DNA of 64,000 nucleotides from Basidiobolus meristosporus CBS 931.73 (Eukaryota > Fungi > Basidiobolomycota): the NCBI GenBank assembly GCA_002104905.1, contig MCFE01000432.1, forward strand, positions 1 through 64,000. Reading direction: 5' to 3'. Below are positions 1 to 12,583 of the stretch, piece by piece. Under the pieces are notes generated by a model, which saw only the letters and a list, made by a program, of their open reading frames with translations, did no database searches and was not told the DNA's origin. The translations under genes and the position numbers were made by a program. How positions within the stretch are numbered: the first letter of the stretch is position 1; each line of letters starts with the position of its first letter.

Positions 1-979
1 TCTTCCTTCTTATTGGCACTTGATTTTCTTAATTCTTCATCCAGGAGCCTTCCATATGTTGCAATATTCTGAGGAGTATTGGAAGTGATGTGGAGTACTA
101 TAGGATTTACATGTTATTCACTTGTAGATTTATTGATCAAAAGTATGGTATTTATACTTTTGATAAAGTAGAGAAAACAAACGTGTAGAGTTTGTTAAGG
201 AAGGTCCCAAGAATATGTGTGCAAAGTTTGGGGTCTTTTTGACGACTTTGAGAAAATAATAATCTGGGTACCTGACAATTTGGTGAAAATATTCTAAGTA
301 AATCCCGACAAGAAATCTAGTCAGGACAGAATGTTAATCACAGAATAAGATCTATGTGACTAAGTTAGCATGAATATTTAGGTGACAATTCAATAATTAC
401 AACACCATATACGTAATTTAAGGTCAAATCTTCAGTTCTGGACTCTAGGGCTGATACAAGGCCCTGAAACTTGTCTGTCAGGCTATTCAGGATGGTAACT
501 ATTGCATCCTCATCAGTAGTTGGTACGCCCACAGATTCCATCTCATCTACCAGCAGGGTAATTCTGTTAGTTAGATATTTCATTTCTTCTCCTGGCAGCA
601 TCTTTGTAGTAAAGAATTTTTGTCTCAGATACATTTTCTTGGCAGCTGAACATGACTGGTAGGTGTCTTCCAATGCTTTCCAGGCATTCTTTGCTGTTTT
701 TGCTCTTGAGCATTGAATTAGCAATTTGTCCTTGACATTAAGGCAAATGCAGTTAAAGGCACTTTGTTCTTTCTTCTGGTACTTTAAGGCTTCCTCTCCC
801 ATGTTTTTAGGAGGGCATTCTTCTCCCATGACAATATCCCAAAGGCCTCTTTCTTGTAGCAGCATCTTCATCTTCACCTTCCACACTTGGTAGTTGAATC
901 CATCCAACTTTTCAGCAGAGGGAAGAATTCCAGCAATAGCAGTAGTAGACACTGCAGAGAGTGACAGCTTGGGGTTCAT
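1..979 (-). pseudogene. Ty1/copia gag (Retrotran_gag_2/UBN2-like), copy 1, interrupted by a solo LTR; continues off the window edge
   Basis: EKLDGFNYQVWKVKMKMLLQERGLWDIV...AKNAWKALEDTY...KKMYLRQKFFTTKM; ATG at 979 overlaps the PBS. Confidence 0.85.
57..404 (-). mobile_element. Solo LTR (348 bp) of the local Ty1/copia family, inserted in a gag gene
   Basis: Starts TGTTGCAA, ends TTACAACA (inverted termini); flanked by the 5-bp target-site duplication CCATA (52-56 and 405-409); the gag frame resumes on the other side (YG|YGRLLDEELRK). Confidence 0.85.
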
Positions 980-983
980 AACC

Positions 984-1332
984 TGTTGTAAGGGTCTTAG
1001 AGATACTGGAAGTGATTTGGAGAACAAGTAGATTATGTGATTTTCACTTAATGATTTATTGAATGTAAAAGTAGTATTTGTACTTTTACTTGGTCTTGGC
1101 ATTACAAACACGTAGAATAGGTTAAGGAAGGTCCCAAGAACATGTGTGCAAAGTCTGGGGCTGTTTAGACAACTTTGAGAATTTTCATGTTCTGGGTACC
1201 TGGTATTTTGATGAAAATATTCTAAGTAAATCCCAACAAGGAATTTGGTCAGTATTCTCTAGGATTTGAAGGTGATGATCTAAGTGACTAAGTTAGGTGA
1301 ATATTTAGGTGGAAATACAAATTTTTACAACA
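984..1332 (-). mobile_element. 5' LTR (349 bp) of copia element 1, followed by PBS
   Basis: TGTTGTAA...TTACAACA termini; immediately followed on the minus strand by GGTTATGAACCCC, resembling the copia-type PBS (GGTTATGGGCCC) that pairs with an internal part of tRNA-iMet. Confidence 0.85.
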
Positions 1333-1994
1333 CTTTGTTGGTTATCATTACTTATTAAAGCATTTTCTTCTTCCTTCTTTATTGCGCTTGATTTTCTTAA
1401 TTCTTCATTTAGGAGCCTTCCATATATGTAATTTAAGGTCAAATCTTCAGTTCTGGACTCTAAGGCTGATATAAGACCCTGAAACCTGTCTGTCAGGCTA
1501 TTCAGGATGGTAAATATCACACTCTCATCAGTAGTTGGTATGCCCACAGATTCCATTTCATCTACCAGCAGGGTAATTCTGTTAATTAGATTTTTCATTT
1601 CTTCTCCTGGCAGCATCTTTGTAGTAAAGTATTTTTGTCTCAGATGCATTTTCTTAGCAGCTGAACATGACTGGTAGGTGTCTTCTAATGCCTTCCAGGC
1701 ATTCTTTGCCGTTTTTGCTCTTGAGCATTCAATTAGCAATTTGTCTTTGACATTAAGGCAAATGCAGTTAAAGGCACTTTGTTCTTTCTTCTGGTACTTT
1801 AAGGCTTCCTCTCCAACATTTTTAGGAGGGCATTCTTCTCCCATGACAATATCCCAAAGGCCTCTTTCTTGTAGCAGCATCTTCATCTTCACCTTCCACA
1901 CTTGGTAGTTAGAGCCATCCAACTTTTCAGCAGAGGGAAAAATTCCAGCAATAGCAGTGGTAGACATTGCAGAGAGTGACAACTCAGGGCTCAT
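1333..1994 (-). pseudogene. Ty1/copia gag, copy 2, cut off by insertion of element 1
   Basis: ORF 1305-2270, near-identical to copy 1; the gag-like sequence stops at the LTR boundary at 1332. Confidence 0.85.
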
Positions 1995-1998
1995 AACC

Positions 1999-2347
1999 TG
2001 TTGTAAGAGTCTTGGAGATATTGGAGGTGATTGGGAGGACAAGTAGATTATGTAGTTATCACTTAATGATTTATTGAATGTAAAAGTAGTATTTATACTT
2101 TTACCTGGTCTTGGCACTACAAACATGTAGAATAGGTTAAGGAAAATTCTAAGAGCATGTGTGCAAAGTTTGGGGCTGTTTGGACAACTTTGAGAATTTT
2201 CATGTTCTGGGTGCCTGGTATATTGGTGAAAATATTCAAAGTAAATCCTGACTAGGAGTTTGGTCAGCATTCTCTAGAACTTGAGGGTAATGACTTGAGT
2301 GACTAAGTTAGGTGAATATTTAGATGAAATTACGAATTTTTGCAACA
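1999..2347 (-). mobile_element. 5' LTR (349 bp) of copia element 2, with PBS GGTTATGAGCCC
   Basis: Same termini and length as 984-1332; PBS directly adjacent. Confidence 0.85.
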
Positions 2348-3540
2348 TAGAATAGGTTAAGGAAGGTCCCAAGAACATGTGTGCAAAGTTTGGGGCTGTT
2401 TGGACAACTTTGAGAATTCTCATGTTCTGGGTACCTGGTATTTTGGTGAAAATATTCCAAGTAAATCCCAACAAGGAATTTGGTCAGTATTCTCTAGAAT
2501 TTGTGGGTAGTGATTTAAGTGACTAAGTTAGGTCAATATTTAGGTGGAATTACAAATTTTTACAACAATACTTTTACATGGTCTTGGAATTACAAACATA
2601 TATAATAGGTTTAGGAAGGTCTTAAGAACAGGTGTGCAAAGATTGAGGCTGCTTGGACAACTTATGTAATTTTCATGTTCTTGGTACCTGATATTTTGGT
2701 GAAAATATTTCAAGTAAATCCTGACAAGGAGTTTGGTCAGTATTCTCCAAGATTTGTAGGTATTGATCTAAGTGACTAAGTTAGGTGTATATTTAGGTGT
2801 AATTACAAATTTTGACAACACTTTGGAGGGCTTTGATATTTTCATGCTCTGGGTACCTGATATTATGGTCAAAGTATTCTAGTTAAGTCCCAACAAGTAA
2901 ATTAGGCAGTTCCCTCTAAGGTTTGTAGATGATGATCTAAGTGACCCAGTTAGGTGAGTATTTAGGTGTAATTACAAAATTTACAAAGCATCCTAGAAAT
3001 ATTGCACATATTTGCTTTGCCTAGGCCATATAATAGTACAAATACCACTTTCACATTCAGCAAATTGCTAGTGATAGCCACATAATCTACTAGTACTCCC
3101 AATCACTTCTAATATCCTCAAGATCCTCATGGCAATCTTGATATGGCAGGATGTATGATGAATGAGTATTCAATGTTTATATTCAGGGCCACTATACTTT
3201 GTGTTGTGAGAATATCAGAGATATTGGAAATGATTAGGAGGTCAAGTATATTATGTTGGTTTCACCTAACGACTTGGTGAATGTAAAAATCTTGTTTCCA
3301 CCATTATACGGTCTTGGAGAAGCCAGTAAATATAATACGCTTAGGAAGGTCCCAAAAGATATGTGTGAAATTCGGGGTGATTTGGATAACTGGAAGAAAT
3401 ATTGTATTCCAGGCACTTGACATTCTGGTGAATAATCCTCCGGCACAGAACTTGGTTGAGAAATATGAAAGTGCGTGGACTGGAATCGATGTGACCACAT
3501 GGGTGCAAATATTTAGGTGTGAACACAAAATCTACAACAG
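2348..3540 (-). mobile_element. Stack of partial, progressively more decayed LTRs of the same family
   Basis: Partial copies end at ~2567, ~2820, ~2990 and ~3539 (…acaaca-like termini); shared core gtgtgcaaagtttggggctg…aagtgactaagttaggtg. Confidence 0.75.
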
Positions 3541-3847
3541 ACACTACAAATTCTTCTAAACATGCCAGGTCACCTCCAAGGTTCCACTGCTACTTTCGAC
3601 AAATCCTTGGTTGCAAGTGGAGTGGGTAGGCAGAAATATGATGGCCTAATGTCATCACAACTGGAGATAGCACAAAATCACATCGTTTATTGGGATTAAA
3701 TGGAAAGATAAAAAGTACAGGTTTCTAAAATACTAGAGAATATGCCGCTAAAAAAAACGTATGAAATCCATGGAAACTCGTCTGGAGATTTTGTATATTT
3801 CAAGAAATCGTCGGGGACCTTTCGCTCCCCCCCCCCTACCGTCACGC

Positions 3848-6800
3848 TTAAAGTACCATCAGCCTTGGGGCGATGTTCATCGCCATGAGCTCTTGGAACA
3901 GAAGTTTGCAGGCGTATGGGATGTGGAGCTGTGAGATCTGAGTTTTGTTCTTGCAAGAACGGCATTCGAAACTGTTCTTCTTTAGATTGGCGATGGCCAT
4001 CAATCCGCAGAGATCACAAACGTGGACACGGTAGGCATCGGACGCGTCGAATAGACGTTCCTAGAGACGAATTTAGTCCGGATCCGAGGTGATATGGATG
4101 CATACGCTATGTTACCTTCAAGAATTGGGCTACTCCGTGAGAAATCATACAATCACGTTCCATCTCACCGAAACGCAAACCACCATCTCTACTTCTACCT
4201 TCTACCGGTTGGCGGGTCAAAATCTGCACTGGACCACGAGCACGTGAATGGATCTTGTCGTCCACCATATGCTTCAAACGTTGGTAATAGGTAGGCCCGA
4301 AGTAAATTTGTGCAGTGAGCTTGCGCCCGGTGTGGCCGTTATAAAGAACTTCGAAACCACGCTTCTGATAGCCGTGCTCCTCCAATGCATGAGAAATAGC
4401 TTCAACGGTGACTTCAGTGAAAGGAGTGGCATCACCCTCATTACCGCTTAATGTGGAAACCTACGTTCGTCAGATGGTTAGGAAATGTTGCGCCTGGTGG
4501 ACAAGGCGAAAGGCGGATTACCTTACTGAGCAGACATTCGACCATATGCCCGATTGTCATACGGGATGGAATAGCGTGTGGATTAATGATCAAATCCGGA
4601 ACAATTCCCTCGTTGTTGAAAGGCATATCCTCTTGTCTGTACGTGACACCGATTGTACCCTTCTGACCGTGACGACTAGCAAATTTATCTGCAAACAACC
4701 CAGTGTTATCAGTCAGGATTCAAAAGAATGGCAATCATTTGGCCTGAATACGAACCTCCCATCTGCGGAACTCTTGTACTTCTGACACGGACCTTGACGA
4801 ACTTCAATCCCTCCTGGTTGGTGGTCAACATGACTTGATCAACAATACCATTCTCAGTACTTCTCAAGGGTGTACTAGCGTCACGCTTTGTATGGGTTTT
4901 GGTACGTTGACCAAGCTCCTCCGAGTCGGGCGGGATGGGTGCCGTCTTGCCAATGATAATGTCGTCACCAGAGACACGAGTGCCAGGAGCAATGAGACCA
5001 TCTCCTTCGAGCTTCTCGTATGTGCCGTGCTTCAAGCGAAGGGTTGTCTCACGGGTAGGCTTCTCGAACTCCTCCATGACCATCATACCCTAAATTGCAC
5101 CATCAGCATGACTGACTGGAAATCTACCAATAAGAACAGATACATTACCACTTTCTTTTCTTGGTCCATGTAACTACGGTAGAAGATACTTCTGAAAAGC
5201 CCACGATCGATACTAGTCTGGTTCATAATCAGGGAATCTTCCTGGTTATATCCACTGTAGCATAAAATCGCCACAATGGCATTCTGTCCGGCTGGGAGCT
5301 CACGGAATCGCAGATACTCCATAGCACGAGTGGTGCAGAGAGGTTTTTGAGGATAGTACAAGATGTTGGCCATTGTGTCCATTCTGAGCTGATAGTTGGT
5401 GACATAGATTCCCATGGCTTGCTTACCCATAGCAGATTGGTAGGTATTACGCGGGGACTGGTTGTGATCTGGGAACGGAATAATACTAGCACAAATACCC
5501 AAAATCATACTGGGATGAATTTCACAATGAGTCCAGGTGTGAGTAATCAACGCTGCAGAACTCTTGACTCTGGAGGCAACATCCACCTCACGCTCCGGAA
5601 TGTAGCCCAGCTTACTGTACATTCTAGACTCAGCAAGATCTTCTGGAGTCATGCAAATCATGGAAACTTCCTCTTCTTCCGCATCAAGGTATTCTACAAT
5701 ACCATTAACCACCAAATCTTGCCATCCGAATGGCTCCCCGTCATACTCTCGCATTTGTAGTGCTTGCACATGTTCTTTACGGAGCATAATACGCTGATTC
5801 TCGACGACGTAGAGTGGTCTACACACACGTCCGGCATCGGTATAGAAGCGGATTTCCTTATCACGAATGTCTCGGACAATACTGACTTCCGGACTGATAT
5901 CTACTCTTCTTCTGAACCTTCTCATGGTTTCGATCAAGTTTCCTGGATCACGATGGATACCAACCCAAACACCATTGACGAAAATCTTGGTGGCATCAGC
6001 AATATTGTTGGCGGAGAATTGTTCCAAACTTTCCATAGCCCAATCGGCCAGAACCTCGACTACTGGAGCAGAAGGGTTACCGACCGAAATATAGGACATG
6101 AGCGCAAGATTCTTCACGAGGCCACAAGCTTGACCTTCAGGAGTTTCGGCGGGACACACCATACCCCAATGGGTGTTGTGTAATTGACGAGGCTTGGCAA
6201 TTTTACCATCACGTCCGATAGGAGTGTTACATCTTCTCAAATGAGAAAGGGTTGAGGCAAACGTATATCTGTTCAACACCTGAGAAACACCAGCTCTTGC
6301 TTGCATGGCCTTCTTCTGATCACCCCAATTACCAGTGGCGAGAGAGTATTTCAATCCGTTGGTGATAGTATTAGACTTGACCGCCAGAGTAAGATTGAAT
6401 TCACGATTGGAATCAATGCATTTCTGAAGGTATTTTCCAACATCCTTGGTGAGCTTTCTAAAAAGCATTCGGAACAACATAGCAAGAAGGGGACCAGCAA
6501 GATCCATTCTCTTCTTTCCATAATGATCACGATCGTCCAAATCACGTCTTTCGAGAGCAGCAAGAAGTAATCTGTGAACCATGTAGCCAAAGAAGTAAGC
6601 TTTCTTGGTCTCCGTATGTGCTTCTGTGGCAACGTGGGGAAGGAATTCTTTCTGAAGAATCTCGGTAGCATATCTGAAAGGAACAATATTAGTACCTTTA
6701 GCTCACACAAAAATATTGCTAGAGACTCACTTTATACGCTTATCCTTGTTGATACCGACAGTAGTACCACGCTTACCGATATAATCCAAGGCGACCTGAA

Positions 6801-8239
6801 GATCGAAAATATGTTAGATGTGCAATAAACACCCGACAAACTGGAGTAGCATCACTTACATGCTGCTCTTGAATTACGAACGCTTCTTCGATACAAGGCT
6901 TAAGAAGTTCTAACATGGAATAATCATCTCGATCGTAACAAATGTGCTCCAAAATATCCCGATCTGCGACAAGACCGAGAGCACGGAAGACTACCACGAT
7001 AGGAACATCTTGACGAATATATGGCAAAGTTGCTCGGATATATTGACCAGATGTCTGAGAGACGAAGAGCTGGGTTAGATCGCCATCCATGCATGTAAAA
7101 ATCAAAGGAAGACCCTTACTCCTTTGTCACCACCTCTTGCAAGCATTTTCAAAAATAATGGACTGGCGTTTTTGGAGCCTTTTTCGGCAACACTTCGAAT
7201 TTCAGCGGTAAAAGAGTATGGAGATGGTGGGGTTTTGGAGAAAACATAAACGGTATTGGAAGCCATTCTCTCCTGTGCAATCAGAACCTTCTCTGATCCA
7301 TTAATCACGAAGTAACCACCCTATGAGAATATACGTAATCCGGGCATGAATATCTTCCCTGCTGATATACACAAAGGTGCATACTGACCTGATCATATGG
7401 ACATTCGTTGAGTTCATGTAAATCTTTATCTTCAAGGCCAGACAAGATACAGAACGTTGATCTTAACATGATAGGTACCTAGGTGATTACGTTGTTGAGT
7501 AAGGCTGCCAGAAAACAATATATAAGCTTGTATTTACTTTTCCAATGAAAACTTTGGTGAAGTTTCCACTATCACGGTCTGTACGATCTTCGACCATATG
7601 CCAGTCATTGAAGTTTGTATTGTCACGATTCCTAGGGTCATTGGGATCGCCAATGAGCACCTGCTTACGCATATCAACGTATAATGGAGCGGCATATCTG
7701 AACAAAGAAGATTAGTCACAGCTCGAAGGATTAAAGAACTAGTTGATTAACCTACGTCAAATTACGAAGACGTGCCTCTTGTGGATACATTGATTGAGTA
7801 CTACCATCAGATTCTGTCATTGTGGGTTTGGATAAATAAATTTGGCCGAAGTGAATATGATAACGTTTCTATCGATATTAGAAGGGCTTAGAGATATAAA
7901 ATGGGAAGGCAGCTACGCAATAAACTCACTGCAACTTCGCCACCATGAGCGCTGTGTTGTGTAGTAGTTTGTAAGACCATATTGGAACTTTCATCCACGA
8001 TTTCTTGAATAGTGTTCTGAATGAATTCGTCGAAAGAATCCAACTGCTGACGAACTAAACCCTTATCTTCGAAAAAGGAAGTAATAACAGCCCAACAGTC
8101 TTCCTGTGTGATCTCCTCAATTTCTTCTTCTTCACCCTCCTCCCCGTATTCTAAGCAAAAGAGTTATAGCAATCTACTTGGTTGGTGGAAGTGGGAATCT
8201 TCACTTGAATGATCTACCTGTAAAGAATTCTTCATCCAT
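3848..8239 (-). CDS. RPB2: RNA polymerase II second-largest subunit (multi-exon)
   Basis: MDEEFFT|[33 protein letters not shown]; [17 protein letters not shown]; [28 protein letters not shown]; [12 protein letters not shown]; [17 protein letters not shown]; C-terminal Zn finger [22 protein letters not shown]. Confidence 0.98.
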
Positions 8240-8826
8240 AGTTGTGATTCTGTGTTAAAAGATTTAAGAAGTGGCTGATTTTTCAGAGAGACACCAAATC
8301 GAACTGATCAAAGATGTCAAGAAACGCGTAGTGTAAAAATCGCGAGGCAAGAAGCAAACTATCCTTGACCAGACTTCGACAGTTAAAATATCATTTCGGT
8401 GTGATTATTTTGAATATACCCCTTGCCAACCGCAGTGATACTTTCGACACGGGACCAAATGGTAATATACAAAGAAAAAAATTACGCAATAAATTATTTT
8501 AACTATAGCAGTGTATGATTTCTCAAAAGTTGGCTAACTCCAACGTGAACTTAACCATTCTAAATTAAAAATCAGAGTTCGAGTGTAGTGGCGAATTGAC
8601 CAGAACATTTATCCGACCTTTTCAGCACGTCGCAATAATACACGTTGAAATTATGCAATGCCTTATTGAGTGTATCGAGCACATTAAACAACTTTCATGA
8701 GCATTTATTCATATTCATCGAAGCAACGAAAATTTTGTTTGCTAGTAGGTGTGGCTACCAGTGACTGACCTGAATCGTGTCTTTACCTATTGCATTTATG
8801 AATAATTGCAGGCATTATTTTTAGAT

Positions 8827-11800
8827 ATGCACGGAGCTTTTCAAGTACAAAGAAGAATTCCACTAGCTTGTAGTTGCTATTTTTACAACTCGTTGACTGC
8901 ACCTAGAAAGGTCACATTCCCCAGGTTCATCCGTTCACTTCGGTCACATTCCACAAAACAGATATCCACTACCCATGTCACCGAGAACGAATTAGAAAAG
9001 CGTTTGAGGAACCTGTTCCTTCAAACAAATCCCCAAAATATCCTTCAATTACGCTTACAAATTCAAGAATTGAAGCACATTCCTTCGGACATACTATGGA
9101 GGCCTGCCAACAAAATATTACACGACCTTGCAAAAGCAAGCCTACCTAGGGCGTATGAAGCATATCAGCTTCTATTAGAGGAGGGATTTAAGCCTGTGTC
9201 AAGTACCTATAGTACTCTGTTTAAGGCTTGCACGAACCACAGGGACGTTTCCCTTCTGAAGAAAATGCATGAGGAGATGTTGCAGGAAATTGGGACACCA
9301 AATACAGTGGTGTATAGCACGCTTATTGACGCTTACGCAAAAAATCACCAGCTTGATCGAGCTTTTGCATTGTATCAAGAGATGTGCTCGAATAAGCTCT
9401 CACCAGATATTGTTACGTTCAACATACTTCTTAATGCCTATGTGAAACGTCAAGAGATCTCAAAAGCGACTGAGTTGTATAACTCCTTGAGCCAGCACGG
9501 CATTCTTCCAAATGTGATCACATTTAATACACTACTTAATGGGTACGCCAAATCTGCAAACATGAATCAAGCAATCCAACTCTTTCAGGAGATGCCAGTT
9601 CATAAAGTTTGCCCTAATGTAACTACATACAATACGTTAATCAATATGTATTGCAAGGCCGGTAATCTTCAGGAAGGTTTCTTGTTGTATAAAATGATGC
9701 TTTCAAAAGAAAAATCGCCGGATATCATCACCTTCAATATACTGCTGAATGCATATGCAAAGGAAGGAAGATCTGAGCCGGTAAAAGCGTTGTTCGACGA
9801 CATGCTTAACCGAAGCATAGCCCCGGACATCATTACGTATAATGCGTTGCTCCTGTTACATGCCAAGAAGAGAGACTACGAGTCCGCTTGGAAGATCTAC
9901 AACAAAATCATCCACAGAAGACTGGAGCCAAATGCCTTTTCTTACAAAACCCTTCTCGACTTGTATGGCACCAAGAGCGATACTGAGAAAGCGCTTTGCA
10001 TATGCCGTAACATGGTTGCTCAGAATATAAGTACTGAGCCAGTACTCTACTCTATTTCTAAATGGGGTTTACCTGTCATAGCACTAGCACAGCAAGAGTA
10101 CGGAATTCGAAAGGCGCACCAAGTCTGGTCGGTGTTGAAAAAAGCTGGGCTAGAGCCCAAGGTGCTTACCAGTGAGTCATGTCAATACCTTGCGTTATTA
10201 AGCAAGAGCCAAGAAGACGGGAATCGCGAACGAGGTCTGGAGGTCATTGCTGCTCTGAAGCAGAGAGATGGGTTGATTCGAACTGGCAAAGAGCTGAGAG
10301 GCATCTTGGCCTTTGGAGTTCAATACCAAGTGCTTGATCAAATTGGGGATTTGGTAAACAGGGCATTGACACACAACAAATTGAAGCCCTTCCACGCCGG
10401 TTTTAATGATTTTATCGTTGATATCGGTAGGAGAAGTCCCAGAGAAGTCTTGGTATTTTATAGATGGGCTCTCAAATGTGGTCTTGGTATAGACTCATCG
10501 TCGCTTAGTATGCTACTCTCGGTTGCTAAACTTCATAAAGACTTAGACCTGGTCACCTACGTTCATCACACACTAACCCGCGAGAAGCAGCTGTCCAACC
10601 TATACCTATATACACAACTGATAGATTGCTACGCCAAACGCTGCGAATGGAAAAAAGCTGAATTGGCATTCAACGAAACGCTTGAACAGAACCTGGATCC
10701 CGACGTGATCACATACAATGCTCTTATTAACGCATATGTAAGATCATATAAGCCTGATCTTGCCTACAAGATATATCGCCAAATGATCCATCAGAACGTC
10801 CGTCCTAATCTGGTGACATACAACAGCATGTTGAATGGATACTCGAAAGTACTCAATATGGAGCAGGTTCAAAGCATTTATGGAGAAATGCTGGAGAGTG
10901 GTGTCACTCCAGATGTTGTTTCTTACAATACGTTGATCCGCGCGTATGTTAAGAACTCAGCGATGGGCAGCGCAGTCAGTATGCTTCGCGAGATGAAATC
11001 AAACAACCTCATGCCTGATCTCTTTACCTACAATACTTTGATTGATGCTTATTGTAAGCAGGATATGATTTCTAAAGCAGTCGAGTTATATCACGATATG
11101 GCCATTTCGAACGTACAACCAGACATAGTCACCTGCAACACCTTAATCAGCGCTTATTCTAAACAATCGAAGCTGGGGGAAGCAAAGAAGATATTTGATG
11201 GCATGATACTTCAAGGGACCCGTCCAGATGCTGTGACATACACTTCTTTAATTGAAGGCTGTTCTGTTTGTAAGTCGACAGAACAAGCGCTTGAATATTA
11301 CGAGGACATGCGCAGGCGGAGTGTACAACCAGATGTCGCTCTGTACACATCCCTTATCAATACGCTTGTCGGCTCTGGTCAGGTTGAAACAGCTTACAGG
11401 ATATTTGAGCAAATGCCCGATCTTCGAGTAGCTCCAAGTGTCAATATCTTTAATATCCTCATTCATGGATATGGGAAGTCTGGCGATTACACTCGCATGG
11501 AAGCACTCTATCATGAACTTACGAACTCAAGTCTAATGCCTGATATCGTCACCCTCAATACTCTGCTAAACATCTTCTGCAAGAAGGGTGACCTTCCGAG
11601 GGCTCTCGAAATATATGACTCTATGAGAAGATATCATCTGAAACCCAACGTGTTTACGTTTAACATACTTATCGACAGTTACATCAAAAATTCGGGAATC
11701 TCGAAAGCTCTAAACCTTTATGAGCAGATGTGTCAGGAGGGTATTGAGCCAACGACTGAAACATTCAATTCTTTGGTTGACGGTCACCTCAAAACCCATC

Positions 11801-12306
11801 AACTATCCAAGGCCCTGGAGTATTACCAGCAAATGCAGCAGCTATCCATCGAGCCCAATCATTACACCTACGCTATCATGATGAACTGCTACAGCTTCCT
11901 CAAACGCAATGACAAAGTCGAAGAGTTTTGGAAGAAAGCAAAGGCAACCTATGGCTTTGAGCTATTAGATGGCCACGTCTCCATACTTCTAGATTCCTGC
12001 AGTCTCAATGAAGATATATCTTCACTTAAATCTGCTTGGAATACCTTGAAAGTGGAGAAATTCCCTTTTAGTGTCAATAACTGTTCTTCATTCTTGGAAG
12101 GTCTGTGTCATCATAATGCTACGCGAGAAGCGGTGGAGTTCTTTACTCGGGAGCTTCAGGAGCTGAAAATCAACCCAGATTATAAGTTATCCATGACTCT
12201 TATTAAGCATCTCCGGTCAAAAGGCCAGCGAGAAGATGCCACTTCGATACTAGCATATATCAATACACACTTCCCACAAGTTTTCAACGAATTGGATGGG
12301 CAGTAA
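8827..12306 (+). CDS. Large intronless P-class pentatricopeptide repeat protein, probably mitochondrial
   Basis: About 8 + 13 canonical 35-aa repeats (P[DN]xxT[YF]NxL[IL]xxY); Arg/Ser-rich, acid-poor N-terminus; first ATG at 8827. Confidence 0.93.
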   Translation: MHGAFQVQRRIPLACSCYFYNSLTAPRKVTFPRFIRSLRSHSTKQISTTHVTENELEKRLRNLFLQTNPQNILQLRLQIQELKHIPSDILWRPANKILHDLAKASLPRAYEAYQLLLEEGFKPVSSTYSTLFKACTNHRDVSLLKKMHEEMLQEIGTPNTVVYSTLIDAYAKNHQLDRAFALYQEMCSNKLSPDIVTFNILLNAYVKRQEISKATELYNSLSQHGILPNVITFNTLLNGYAKSANMNQAIQLFQEMPVHKVCPNVTTYNTLINMYCKAGNLQEGFLLYKMMLSKEKSPDIITFNILLNAYAKEGRSEPVKALFDDMLNRSIAPDIITYNALLLLHAKKRDYESAWKIYNKIIHRRLEPNAFSYKTLLDLYGTKSDTEKALCICRNMVAQNISTEPVLYSISKWGLPVIALAQQEYGIRKAHQVWSVLKKAGLEPKVLTSESCQYLALLSKSQEDGNRERGLEVIAALKQRDGLIRTGKELRGILAFGVQYQVLDQIGDLVNRALTHNKLKPFHAGFNDFIVDIGRRSPREVLVFYRWALKCGLGIDSSSLSMLLSVAKLHKDLDLVTYVHHTLTREKQLSNLYLYTQLIDCYAKRCEWKKAELAFNETLEQNLDPDVITYNALINAYVRSYKPDLAYKIYRQMIHQNVRPNLVTYNSMLNGYSKVLNMEQVQSIYGEMLESGVTPDVVSYNTLIRAYVKNSAMGSAVSMLREMKSNNLMPDLFTYNTLIDAYCKQDMISKAVELYHDMAISNVQPDIVTCNTLISAYSKQSKLGEAKKIFDGMILQGTRPDAVTYTSLIEGCSVCKSTEQALEYYEDMRRRSVQPDVALYTSLINTLVGSGQVETAYRIFEQMPDLRVAPSVNIFNILIHGYGKSGDYTRMEALYHELTNSSLMPDIVTLNTLLNIFCKKGDLPRALEIYDSMRRYHLKPNVFTFNILIDSYIKNSGISKALNLYEQMCQEGIEPTTETFNSLVDGHLKTHQLSKALEYYQQMQQLSIEPNHYTYAIMMNCYSFLKRNDKVEEFWKKAKATYGFELLDGHVSILLDSCSLNEDISSLKSAWNTLKVEKFPFSVNNCSSFLEGLCHHNATREAVEFFTRELQELKINPDYKLSMTLIKHLRSKGQREDATSILAYINTHFPQVFNELDGQ

Positions 12307-12583
12307 GAAGGCCAAGCTGATATCTTGTTACCAACAAGATGCAGGGACCAGAATATACACCGTGGCTTTTAGGTATTAAACCGCCATCCTGACCATATCA
12401 AAGATGCCTTTGGAGAGATATATTATGGGATGGGGAACTATTCAATCATGACGATCCACGCTATGTACATTAAATGAAATCCACTCATACAGATCATTCC
12501 ACACCCCAGAATTTGTCAATTGCCATTATGTAATAAATACACCACGTACGTACGGGGAGACACCACTTCATTTTTCTTGGATA

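Noticed and set aside
984-3540. CRISPR array or satellite interpretation of the recurring ~190-350-bp unit
   Set aside because: The units have TG…CA inverted termini, PBS, TSDs and adjacent gag, so they are LTRs; the context is eukaryotic.
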